From: Amoebidium appalachense
Lineage: Eukaryota; Protista; Ichthyosporea
NCBI GenBank assembly: GCA_963693365.1
Contig: CAVNZM010000008.1
Location: 5,648,113 to 5,712,112, forward strand
Reading direction: 5' to 3'
DNA length: 64,000 nucleotides
Positions 1 to 44,507 of the stretch are shown in pieces (position 1 is the first letter of the stretch; every line of letters starts with the position of its first letter). Under the pieces are notes generated by a model. It saw only the letters and a list, made by a program, of their open reading frames with translations. It was not told the origin of the DNA and did no database searches. A program made the position numbers and the translations under genes.

Positions 1-230
1 GCATCTCTGAAAAAGTCATTGACAGGGTCTGGTACGGCCGGGGCGGTCGCGGAAAGGGCCGCCGGGGGTTCCGCGGGGGCGGGGGCAGGGGCGGGGGCGG
101 GGGGTTCCGAGGGGGTATCGTCAACGATGAAGTCTGCGCTTGGTGGGTAGGTCTGGCGCCTTTGGAGCGTGGAGTGGGCCTCAACAGCACTGAGCGCCGC
201 AAGGAGAGATGTGATGCATGCTATCCTCAT
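1..230 (-). CDS. 5' part of a secreted Pro/Ala-rich protein (runs off the window start)
   Basis: ATG at 230 in acaaaaATG context. Translates MRIACITSLLAALSAVEA-HSTLQRR-QTYPPSADFIVDDTPSEPPAPAPAPAPAEPPAALSATAPAVPDPVNDFFRD without a stop: hydrophobic signal peptide, dibasic RR, PA-repeat linker. Confidence 0.75.
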   Translation of the reverse strand, partial: MRIACITSLLAALSAVEAHSTLQRRQTYPPSADFIVDDTPSEPPAPAPAPAPAEPPAALSATAPAVPDPVNDFFRD

Positions 231-2510
231 TTTTGTCTTGTTTTGTGCGTCTGTGTGTGTGTTTACTCGAACGGCTGAAAGCAGAAACCTATCCGCTTGG
301 AAGCTATTCGGCAGGCTTGGTATTTTTAAGCCACTTTGATTTAATGGTCGTGTGTTATATTCTCTCCCTTACTTACAGCTTACACAAGTGGAGAAGAGTA
401 CAGACCATGAAAGATAAGTGGGGAACGAGGGCCGAGTCCGACCCAGTCCAGTTTCAAAACAAACAAAAAAACAGAAGACTGAATGGCCCACTTTATGCGG
501 TGGTATGTGTTGGCATACCAAATGGTGAGTGTTGAGCCAATAGAAACGAAGAAATATATCACTTACAGGGCTTCAAAAGTTTGAATGGCTCAAAACCCCC
601 CCGCCTTAGAAACAGTCTGTAGAACAATGCTTTATGTTACATCACCGCATTTTCCCACCGAAACACATAATCATTAAATTCAAAAAAGTTACTACAACTG
701 GTTACGCAAATATAACAAACGAAAAACGTATGGCATCCAAGCCAAGTGAAGTATACTTATTAGTGTCAGCAGCACTGAATCATGAGGTATTCCTGCAATA
801 TGATTGGACTGCTGGTCAATAAAATCTGAAAATTAAAAAAATTCATGACTCGTGAGTGACTCAGTCACTCAGAGTCCAAACATTCGGCGTCGAGCTTGTC
901 CAGTTTCGCGAGTTTGTGGAAGCTTGCGCTGTCAACTCATACAATAGCGACTTATGTAAGGGCAGTTATAAAGTCAAACACGTACACCTGCTTGGTGCTT
1001 TATAGACGCTGCACTGGCTACACAATTCTTCAAGCTCTCGTTGTGTATGTAGTCACTGCTGAAGTACTTGCCGTGGGAGCCCGACACGCCCACTAACACA
1101 AAGGGCTTGGCGGGGAACAGAACAATGTGACAAGCTATAACATGTCAGCATGCTATAAGTTAGGTTGTCGTGGGAGCACAACTTTAGTAGACGCCGGTCT
1201 ATGTTGTGGATGCACGTGGTGGGAAAGGGATGGAGAGTAAGAAGGAATTTTTTTACAAGGAGTGACCCAATCCACACGCATGCACCCAAGTGGAAAACCG
1301 TGCGTGAAGCGTATGCACATACAAGCACGTGCTCACAACAAGATCACCACGTGAAATCGTGCTGTGAGCACCATACCAGGAACACACACGTGCATGAAAA
1401 CTCCTGCGGACATAGACCTCAGCGCGCTGACGTCATCGGGGTTTTGAATAGCTAAGCGCACCGATCGAGAGAGAAAACGTAAAAAAGATATCTTCGCTGC
1501 CAGTTTTTTTTTTTAACAAAAGCGTAGTCTTTTCTGCATAAAACGCAAGCAAACTCATACGTGCATAAGACTTTTGTTTCTGTTTATTTTTTGTTTTGTT
1601 TCCTTGACCGGTTTAGCCCAATGTAGCTAGGTAACCGTTGACACCATGCAGGAACACAGGACCTTCAATTGCACACTCCTATACAAGCACTCCTCTCTGC
1701 CAACCCCGCCTCCCTTTTTTTTCGCAAGTAGTATCCACCCGACCCGCTGTCTCTAGGCTTTAACAGCGGCTTCTCTTACTCTGCGTTTCTTTTCTTTGTC
1801 TCTCTCTTTGGGCCCTCTTCCTTCCTCGGTTCTCCCTCCGGGCCCCGTCTCTCTCTCTCTCCTTCCCTCTTGTTTTTTTGTCCTACCTACGTGTAGGGAA
1901 ACAGGAAGGTTATGTCTCTGTTTATTTCGTTAGGGGCAGAGGGGAAGGAGCTGAAGAGGTACGTGCAGGGCCAACTTCAACAGTGCCATCTTGGTCGAGA
2001 CGGCCGTGGTGCATAGTCGAGAATTCGAAGGGGCATAGCCTGGGCCGTTAGACTAGCACGGAACTCCAATATTTCCTGATGGAGTGTTGAACGATCGGTA
2101 TCGAGAAACAGTATGGTGCAGGAGAGATGCTTAGAGGAAGCAGACGAGCGGGCGTGTCCGGGACGGGGTATGGGGAGGGGGGGGGGGGGGGAGGAGGAGG
2201 GGGAAAGAGATCCAGGGAAACGAGAACCAGAGTTGGAATAGAGGAGAGGAGAAAGCAGGAAGAAAGCTCTCGAGCTTTAAGGACAGACTAGAGCCTCTTG
2301 TGTGTTTTAGTTGTGACAGTGACAGAAACGAAATAGGTAAGAGTGATAAAAGGACACTGGAATCGGAGGGAGGGCAAGGCTACATGGGCTATAGGGAGGC
2401 CCTTGGAATGGGGGAAATGCTGAAACGGAGACCCAAAAGAGAGCCCCTGGCGGCTGCCTAGGGATAGGGACGAGCAGAGCACCCGCACACACGTGCACAT
2501 GCATACCCAC

Positions 2511-2549
2511 CAAGGCCTCCTAAATTTCACTCCTATTTAGGAGGCCTTG
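2511..2549. mobile_element. 39-bp minimal hAT-type MITE
   Basis: Perfect 15-bp inverted repeats CAAGGCCTCCTAAAT (2511-2525) and ATTTAGGAGGCCTTG (2535-2549) around a 9-bp spacer, flanked by the 8-bp direct repeat ATACCCAC (2503-2510, 2550-2557). Confidence 0.75.
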
Positions 2550-2641
2550 ATACCCACACACACACACACACACACACGCTTTGCGCGCGCACACACACAC
2601 ACACCTAGGCACACTGCAAACAGCAAGATCCAACGTCACAG

Positions 2642-2643
<2 letters not shown>

Positions 2644-2722
<79 letters not shown>

Positions 2723-2726
2723 CCCC

Positions 2727-2792
<66 letters not shown>

Positions 2793-2834
2793 CCCCCCCC
2801 CTTTTCTCTCTCTTTCTCTCTCTCTCTCTCTTAG

Positions 2835-2901
<67 letters not shown>

Positions 2902-2925
2902 CTGTGTGTGTGTGTTTGTGTGTGC
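2644..2925. repeat. Compound (CT)n / poly-C / (TG)n microsatellite
   Basis: Directly visible. Confidence 0.95.
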
Positions 2926-3173
2926 AAGTGTGCACGCACAGTGTGTGAAACACTCACGCGATGAGCGTACGCGAAGAAAGCTAACGAATACCGACCTGGA
3001 ATGGCTTGTGTGCGTGTGTGTGTGGGGGGGGGGGGGAGGGGGGGGGGGGGGAGAGAGAAAGAGAGAGTGCCTCTTGAGAGAGCGAGAGAGCGCCTCGGAC
3101 TGGTGAGAGAGAGATCGAGAGAATTTTGAGGAGAGAGATCTTCGGGGAGAGGTGGGGGGAGAGCTTGAGGGGG

Positions 3174-3213
<40 letters not shown>

Positions 3214-4817
3214 AGGAAAAAAGAGAGAGCGAGAGTAGGTGTGAGCCTTAGGGTATGGGGGGAAAGAGACATAAAAGAAGGGAGAGGCTCCGGAGAAAGC
3301 GAGGGGCATGGAGAGAGAGAGAGAGAGAGGAGGGGCTGAGGAGAGAGAGAGTGTGTGTGTGTGTGAGCGAGCGAGAGGGGGTCTCGCAACAAGGGGGAGG
3401 GGGAGACAGTGGCGGCGGGTGAGGGGCGGGGGGGTGTGGTGGTGGTGGTGGGGGGGGGGGGGGGGGGGAAGGGGGGGCGGTAATCAGCGCCAGGGGAGAA
3501 AGGTGGCGGGGCAGGGACTTAGAATTATAACTAAAAAGGCGAAGCCGGACACCGAGAGGATGGCAAACGCAGAGTGCTGAGCAAAGTGTTATATTTCCAT
3601 TGCTTCTATTAACGACACGGAGACTATAGAATAGGTTGTAGGTTACACGTTAGAACACATTGCTATCATCAATGAGCGAGGTCTTTAGAGACTCTCAATA
3701 TGTGTACACTACCTATAGATCATAGTATTTGGCAGCGCCGAGTGAAACCTTTTTCTGTGCTTTATAAAAAGAATATACTACTGTCAGGCGCTTCCATTCG
3801 TTCCGTGTTGAGAGTGCGAGGAACGAGTGCCACCGTTGTACAGGCCGGGGGAGTCCTCCGGCGTTCTCATATGCATATATGAGCGGAAGCTTTTGCTATC
3901 CGAAACTAATTGCGCAATCAATCGATTAAAGCCGCGCTGAGGTCTATACACATCGTACACGTACACAAACTTGCCACACGTACACACTTGCACTCAAGCA
4001 AGCTACATAAAACAATGCGGTGCTGCCCGAGTTAATATTAGCCAAGCACGCAACCTAAGCATTTCGATTGCACGTGTTTTCGAGAACTATGCACATGTGC
4101 GCATGTATGTGCCTGCCGTTGTGTTCATGTGCCCACGTATGTGCATTCCGTTGTGTTTACATAGGCCAATGCCATAATTTCATAGCGCCCGGCCCTATAT
4201 ACTTGACGTAAGTTATGATAGGGCACAGAGGGGGCCCTTCTGCGAGGCGAGGCAATTGCAAACGAAAAGGCTCCTCCGGCTTATAATATTAGACTACAAG
4301 GAAAAATTGACATCCAATAAAAAGGGGCATTGTTATCTGTTCTGAATCTGTAACCAATCATCATCAAGATTAAGAGATTGCGTTTGCCTTATAAGTTACT
4401 TCGGCTCTGCCCGGAGGCTGACAGTGAGCCTGTCACCTTTCGTGACAATGAGACGCGTCTCGCAACAGACTGAGGAAAAGTGCGTGCGTGTGTTCAACGT
4501 TCGTGGGGAGGCCGTTGAACCATTTTCGAGACCAAGGAATGTGTGTGTGTAGTAGTGTGTGCATATTGCACGTCTTCTTGTACGCGTATGTGTGCATGCA
4601 CCTTTTTGTGAAAATAGAAAACCTGGCAGGTTTTTAGAGCAAATCTCCCTGGCCTGTTTTCCCGGTCTCCCTCCCCCCCGAGTCAGGACACCTATCCTCT
4701 CCCACCACCACCACCATCGTGCACCCGCATATTTTTACCTTGACCAAGAGATAATGTTAGCCTTACAAACGTGAATGCATTAATCAAAACTTGTGTAATA
4801 ACATGGGCGGCGCGAAA

Positions 4818-24361
<19,544 letters not shown>

Positions 24362-24687
24362 TATGGTGAAATAGTTGAAAAAAAGAACAAAACCGGATGT
24401 TCTTCCCTTTTTTTCTTTCCTTTTTTTTTTTCTTTCTCTTTTTCTTCTTTTGCTTATTTTTCTTTGAGTTGCTTTTTCCTTCTTTGTTTACGTTTGTTTC
24501 ATTTTTTTATTTTTTTTCTTTCTCTAGGCAACTTTCTTCTTCTTCTTCTTCCTTTCTCGTTTTTTCCCTGTTTGTTTTTACTTTTTTTTCCCCATCTTGC
24601 CATCCCTCTCCCGCTAATACTCCCCCCCCCCCCCCCCCCCCCCCCCCTACCCCCCTTCATCCTACATCCCTTCTGCTTACTTCCCTC

Positions 24688-24718
<31 letters not shown>

Positions 24719-25052
24719 GCAGTTTGAGGTACGTTAGCCCCTCACACCTTAATTCATTATCATTGATATATTCCCGTATTAGCACGGGTTCCCGCCCTGC
24801 ACGATACGTATATATAAGGGCTACTAGAATTCCCTCGCACGCATATAAGATACTTAGACGCGATGTCATCTATACCGATTTCACCACTGAAACTCTCGCT
24901 TTCACGTATGGTTGGCCAATTACTATCATCAGGTCGTTCAAAAGTATGCTTCTCTTGTTGCTGTTGTTTTGTTCTTTCGTGCTATTGTTTCCCTCTCGAC
25001 TTTCTACCAATCAATCTTATTTGATTTCTCACACGGCCCTTACTCCTCCCCC

Positions 25053-25099
<47 letters not shown>

Positions 25100-25822
25100 A
25101 AAAAAAAAAATCCAGTCACCCCACCCCTTTTCATTCAATTCCCGAACATATATGGTTATCTCCCCGATTTTTGTCCCAGGGATTACACTTTTGATACTAG
25201 CCGTTTCGAATGTCCGCATGAATACCTGATTGTTATATATTTTTGAATGAATTGGCTATTACGGTGCTAATATTAGTGTTACGCCCGCTTAAAAAAATAC
25301 ATTTTGAGAATGACTTACATATGTGCCGTATTCGGCGGTGCCCCAGGCCTACATTGGTGAACCCCGAGTGAATAGGGTTTAGATTTGGCCAGTCATAGTT
25401 TTAAAGTTAAAATTATCTCCATGCATATGTGATCCATATATATCAGGTAGCGATTATCTGCCTGTTATCTGTCGCTGTATCTTGCTGGGTGGTAGTCCCG
25501 TACGTTGGCCTTGGTGCCGGCACCCTTTTAATGAATATTTAAATATAGCCTCGCCATGACGTACATGTGTTATAAACCCCTTATCTGTACACGAGAGACC
25601 CCCCCTCCCCCCCCCCCCCCCCCCCCGGCTCGCCCGCCCCCTCCCCCGGGCCAAAAAAAAAAAAAAAAAAAAACGGGAAGAAAAAAAGTTAAAAGAAATG
25701 AAAGAAAAAAGGAAGAATCTTCCTTGAAAAGGTCGATCAACATGAATATGAATACAGTATAGACATGCATATGTATATGAGCACCGTGTGCACGTGTACA
25801 GTGTATGATGGCCATGGGTTGA

Positions 25823-25967
25823 AGGGAGTTTCTCTGAGGCCGATTTATGGTCACCGCTTTTTGTCTCTCGGGGCGGAATGATGCTGTTTAATGCACACTA
25901 AGCCAATCATGATATCTCATGATCATTCGGGTCTGACCCGACCCCGAACACCTAAAAGAAACCCCCT
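25823..25967 (-). mobile_element. ~145-bp MITE-like element, copy 2 (diverged, inverted)
   Basis: Ends TTCGGGTCTGACCCGACCCCGAACACCTAAAAGAAACCCCCT, matching the reverse complement of the 10131 copy's left end. Opposite end AGGGAGTTTCTCTGAGGCCGATTTAT matches the other end of that copy. Confidence 0.6.
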
Positions 25968-27547
25968 CACTCTTGCAAAACGAATGGAACTTCATGTATA
26001 CAACAAAGATTTTGAAGGCTTCGAAATCCCACCACCACCAATCTAACTTAAGTCTTCGGAAATAACTTTAGATCTCACTGCCCCACTTGGCGAACGAATA
26101 ATTTATAAAGGGTTAGCTAGAGTCTTATAATGCAGTGACACATGTACACCTACTGCATTTACAGTTAACTGTAACTAGCAGCGCCAACATTTATGTGATC
26201 AATGGCCCTGGCTTAAATCTTCTGCTCGGGGTCCTGTCTGATATGTATATATGTGGATGTGCCTCTTTGGTCATGGTTGACATTGATCGAATCCTGCAAT
26301 AATCAATCAAAATTCAGTGACTGTGTTAAATAGCTTTGCACGCAATGTTTTGTACCCTACTGCACGTGTACGCACCGTGACTTGTGTACATGTGTGTTTG
26401 TACGTGTGTGTGGGTTGGTTGGTTGGTTGCCATGGTTGGTTGGGGGAGGGGGGGAATCTCTCTCTGTTCATGGGTGCCCATGCATGGATATTTCGGATAG
26501 TTTAGAAACTCAGAGAGAAATTCAAGAACAGTTATGCTGAAAAAAGCTTGTGATTTCTACTTCTTCTCATTAATCTGTTATTTATAATTCAATTGAATTG
26601 AAGGGCTGCTAGTGTCACGCGGCGTGAAGTTGCAATTCGGCCGGTCAGGCCCACCGGGCCGGGCAGCCCGGACTGCTGAAATGTCGGGTCACGAACGGAC
26701 CGGGCCGGGCCTGAAGCCATACCATATTTGGAAGGCGTTCACGCAAAAAATATTATATTTCGAAGCTTATGTGCAAAGTATCACAGTACCCACACTGTAT
26801 GCATTGTGACGCTTCATTGTGGCGAGCACGTTTTTTCAACATATATATTCTTTTTTTTTTTTTATTCTTTTTTTTTTTTTTTGGAAAAGGGGGGGGGTTC
26901 GTGAGAGGCAGGGCGGCCTGTTACTTCTCTGCAAATCAGCACAAGTCGAGTAGCAGCATTTCACCTTTATTCATCCACCATCGCCACAGATATCCAACTT
27001 ACACGCTCCATATATCTCCTACAGTTAGATATGCCAGTGTGGCAATGACAATGAACGTATATCAAGAACCCAAGAAAAAAACGAAAACGAAACGATATTT
27101 TCTGCTGATTGTGTGTAAAAAACGACATAACTTCATCCACAGCGCTATGTAGTGAACGAGATTATTGGCTTATAAGTTTCAAAAAGATTTCAACGAATAT
27201 AAAGAAAGAAAGAAAGAAAAAATTAAACAGTGCACAACGTCCAAGCCACACACGCCTACCTGCCTACGGATCTACATCAACCCACAAATTACCGCATACA
27301 CAAGGCCTACAACCCACCTACCCACCTGGCCACACACACACACACACACCCTGCCGTAAAACAAACCCCTCCCCATCACTTCTCAAAAACCAATCACACA
27401 TCCCCCATCCCCATCCCCCCTCCTCCCCCCTTCACACCTATAGCCAAAAAAGGCTAACATCACCCTCCCTCCCATCCAACCAATACAAACATACCACATC
27501 CCCATAATTCCGCCCATTATCCCACCATCCACCCATTATTCCACCTC

Positions 27548-36260
<8,713 letters not shown>

Positions 36261-38475
36261 TTTGCTTATATATCCGGCCTACAGGCGTTACCAAGGGGGG
36301 TGAGATGTGAAGGGCAGGTGTAGGGGTGAAAACTGAGTATCTCGATAACGCAGTCAATTCCAAGTTCTGTGTACGCCGTTCACTGTTTACTTCGCTCCTA
36401 CGGCTTCATTTTTTTCACGGTGAAATGTCGTAGTTGGCTGGTGGTTAATGATTGGCTGTTGCCAGCTGAGGCTCCAACAACGGCAGATCATTCCAACACT
36501 GAGTCGACAGGTAAGTACCAGCAAAGAGAAGTAATAATTATTGGTTAGTAATAAATTACCAAAAATAATAAGTATAATAATACTGAACACTTCGAATTGT
36601 TAGTTTTTATTCTTTTGCAATTCAAACGGCCACACTTGAGAGATATGGAAATACCAACAAAAAACAAGGGCAGACGATTATCTCAAAATCATGCGTTGTC
36701 AATGCTGTATCACATAGCCAAAAAGAACCAAATATAGAAATGGAATGTAAATCTCCCAAGCACTGGCCGCCCGCAAGACCTGGACATGTCGGCCGTATTT
36801 GCCATGCAAAAACATACATAGGGGTGATGTGTGATGTTTTATAGGGGGATGTGACAGCGTTAGGATGTTAACGTGTTTATATGTGCTTGATACACTGTGT
36901 GTCTACAGGACAGAATACTCCTTCTCCCGCCATTTTCCAACAAACACACATTCCTTGCTCGGTACAGCTCACCATCTCTCCTCTCTTTGATATCGACATC
37001 GATGGTGCATTAATCAAGAAAGACTTCGGGCCACGTGCCACGCACCAAACATCCATAAGCTCGGTCGATCTTGACTATGTTGAGTAGTGCTTATTGTGAA
37101 ATAGCGTTTGTTGCTGCTTTACATGTTGAATTGCTGAACGATATGCGGATTCAGGCAGTCTCCCGATGTTTAAATATTAGTCCCCTTGATCATGATCGTT
37201 ATGTTGATGTGAGCTTTATGCGTTTACGAAGTACCTACTTTGATACGAAGGGCACGGGGAATGCTTGGGGCAACTGGGAAAATACACGTGAATTTGTTCA
37301 ACAATCACCGTACTTTCTTCTCTTGCCCCCCCCCCCCCCCCCCTTTTTGTTGTTGGGGGGGGGGGGGGGGGGGGGGGCCGGGAGGGGGGGGGGGGGATAG
37401 GATCGGGTTTGGGGATCCATGGGCGGTGGGGGCACCGGTGGCGACGGGGAGGGGAGTTGGTAGGGCAGGGGGGTTGCTGTGTGAGGAGGCGAGGAGGACG
37501 ACAATTGAGTGAAACTTTGAAAGATCATGTCTGGTTTCAAAGTATGCTTCCCAAACTCCCATACATAACACAAACACAAAAATCATAAACCTAGAGCAGC
37601 CACCCGTAGAAAAAAACAAGCAACAGCATAAGTGTTACAATCACCCTCCCCCCCCAAACCCCCCCCCCCCCCCCCCACCCCTCCCCCCCCTCCCCCCTCC
37701 CCTCCCTCCCCCCCCTCCCCCCCCCCCTCCCCCCACCCACCCACCCACCCACCCACCACCACCATCACCACCATCACCACCACCAACCACACTTTGCCGG
37801 CCCGGCATGCCCCAAATGCAGACACACAAACCGACAAGCAGAGTGCAACCCACAACACATGTACAGACACATAGCAGCCGCCACACTACATGACATGGGA
37901 TACAGCATGCTTCCCACCATCCAAAACCCGCAGCACCACCACATTACGTTACACCACCCTCGCCCGAAAAGGAAATTTCGTAACCGGACCCTCGCGGGCA
38001 GATTGTAATCATTGAAAATTTTCACGGGCCCCCCTTTTTCATGTAATAACACAGCTCGATCGTTCTGCCATGTCTGTTTGACTGAATCAAACTAGAAAAT
38101 AGGTATCATATAGAGGTTTTTGGGGTTGGTAACCTCGAGCGGTGCTGAATAAGATCTGAAATAAAACGGTATCCCGGGAGGAGGAGGGGGGAGGGGACAA
38201 AAACAACAAAAAGGAAGACACGTCTGGTTTCTTCGATGAATTCCTTCTGTTTGAACAAGGCCTTATTATCTATGTTCAATTTGCTTGGGTATCACTTGGT
38301 GCATCGCGCTATAGTATACACACACACATTCATAAAAGCACACAAACACGTGGGCGCCTGCCTACACATGTCACGCACTTGTGTATTATGTACTTGTACG
38401 TGATTCACCTCTTCGGCTGCAACCTGAAACCTGCTTCATGGATCGAATTTCTGTGTGAGTATGTGGGTTAGCCCT

Positions 38476-38523
<48 letters not shown>

Positions 38524-38655
38524 ACAAAAAAAAAAAAAGACCCTTTCCCCCCGCCCACGGGGTAGCACCCCGCCGGCTAGTGCACGTATGCACACCCTTC
38601 TTATCGTGAATAGACTTAGCCTACCGTATATGCATGTACCCCCCTCCTCCCTCCC

Positions 38656-38686
<31 letters not shown>

Positions 38687-39783
38687 TTCCCCCCCAGGGC
38701 TTCCCACCCCACTCCCCGTCCACACGAGTCTCCCCACGTACGTGCACACTCATTCTTCTTATACTACTACTTTTTTTTTTTTTTTTAACAAGTTTGCAGC
38801 AGTTTTCTTATCACGTAACTCGTTACATTGCCGCCTTTTAGACGCTTGGGCACTTGGTGGCTCAAAGAACGTTAAGTTATCACTGAGTGATTCGTGTATG
38901 AAAGCCTCAGTTTTTCAGTTAAGTTATTTGTTACCGTAGCTGGTGGTTTGCATAACGAGAGCATGTGCAACACACAAACAGTGGCAAAGGATCGAATGCA
39001 TGCAGCTGATCAGAAACTTTAATAGCACAAATCCTTACTAAGGTTGTCGATTTCTTTTTTCATGAGTCATGAGAAAGTCGTGACGCCAAAATTCATCGAT
39101 ATATAAGGGTGGAAAAGGAAAGAAGCCTGTAAAGACAGACCCAGGGCTAGCTCTTGGCAATAATTACATCCGAAATTCAATCCAATTAAAAAGTTAAAAC
39201 CAAAAGCGGTAACTTTAGTACATATGTACATGGTGTAGAATCAATCTGTACAACGACTTCGAATCGATTAGACTTGCCTCAAGGAAAACAACATAACTAC
39301 AGTATACGCTGCTACCTTTGGAGGTAGCTCTTATTTTTCAAGGCTGACAAAAATTTCCTTCCAAAGCGACTGATCACGCGCCAACTCATACCCTTGAAAG
39401 TTGACTTGTTCATACGGCGGCTGAGGCCACAGTCGCACGTGGCAGCAGTATACGCACTAGAGTATGGCAGAATAGCATAGTAGATAAACAACAGCCTGGG
39501 GTGTACATATATGTGGATGCTCATTGGTATTCATTCCGAAAAGAAAAAAATTACGTCACAGTGTAGAAACCAGCGCTAGCATGTTATCTCACAAAAAAAA
39601 TGCACAATATTGTATCTGCACGTATGCATTCAGAACCCACAAACTTACTTTCAACCAATCGAAACGGGCCTTTGCCCTCGCACTCAAATTCCGTATCAGG
39701 TATACGAGAAGTGTCAGACACGGTGTTTACTTTGCAAATATTAATGTCACCCCCCCCCCCCCCCCCCTCCACGACCACCCACC

Positions 39784-39814
<31 letters not shown>

Positions 39815-39826
39815 CTTGTCCACCCA

Positions 39827-43227
<3,401 letters not shown>

Positions 43228-44507
43228 GTTGTTTGGTTGTAGTGGTTTAACTCTGAAGTGTATGAAGCTGAGATCGCTAATGAATGTGGGTATGGTGACA
43301 GTGCTACTATTATGAAGCACAGGGTGTGCGTGTGTGTTTACGGCTCAAAGGTGTCAGCTGGCAACACAGTGCTCAGAGACGGTGAAGATTGATTTGGAGC
43401 CCACAAAAAAAAAAGGAACGTAGGAAAATCAAACTCCATGTGATACGGTGTGTGTGTGTGCGTGTGTGGCAGCTTTGCAAGTTGGCCAAAGGCACGTTGC
43501 ATGCTCGTACGTGGCTTTCGTACGTTCTCGGTTTTCTGCACAGTGCACGTGTTCACCTGTAATCAACACGTGTCGTGACACAAGGAGATGTGTTTCGTGT
43601 GCAACGTGGCCAGGTTGGGTTTGATTGGAACTCGGGGAAATTTGTGGGCTTCAAGTGCTTTTGTTATTTTTGTGGTGCACAAAAAATTTAAACCTGTCAG
43701 AGAATTCTCGCCGACATGCACTTTTGACAAAGCAAAAAGTTACCTACCATGAATCCAAAGGCAACAAAGAAGATAATAGTAATAAAAAGACCAATTCTCC
43801 TCGTTCTCCTTCACACAACCGCGCTTGCGGTGCCTTTGTTTTCGCGGCAACATTCCATTTCGAGAGGTGTAAAGCTTTCTGCTGGGTCGGCGGATTGAGA
43901 GTTTCACGTAGGGGAAATACGCGTGCTGTTCTAGTAAATTTCAAAAACTGATGAGGGAAGCTAGATATAATCAAATTTTCAAAGCAAACTACCTAAAAAA
44001 CAACCGGTGTCATGGGCCCGGGTTAGTAACTTACGGTGAACTGTTGCACAGAAAGGCCACGTCTTTCATGCTTCCACTGGCTTTTACAGAATTTGCGCTC
44101 TTCTGCTGTTAACTATATATGGCTAAATGTAATGGGCCTATCAATTCCTCATTACTTCTTCCGGGCCGTTCGAAAATGAGTGAAAGCAACTCTGAAAGGC
44201 CTTGCGTCACAAAATAATTACAAAGAAAACTAATTCTGATTTCAAAAAATAGCCGAACATGAAATAACAAATTCACAGCCGGTATTTCTCTACAATAATA
44301 TCGAGCTGGCAGCCTGCTGGTAGGCTGGTAGCCCGGCTTAAGGAATGGCATCTTAGGCTGTGATTGGATGTCTTTATCAACAGCGGTTTGATTCGTCGGT
44401 ATGAGCCAACCACGAATGTCTATTTTCTTTAGCCAATCAAAACTTAGGAAGGCCCGGGAATTCCTCCGCCGACCGGTGGGACCGGCGGCCGGCCGGCGCG
44501 CCGGGGG

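Noticed and set aside
1900-2170. Possible second LINE 3' end on the minus strand (RILDYA.., AATAAA)
   Set aside because: No convincing poly-A tail, TSD or diagnostic motif.
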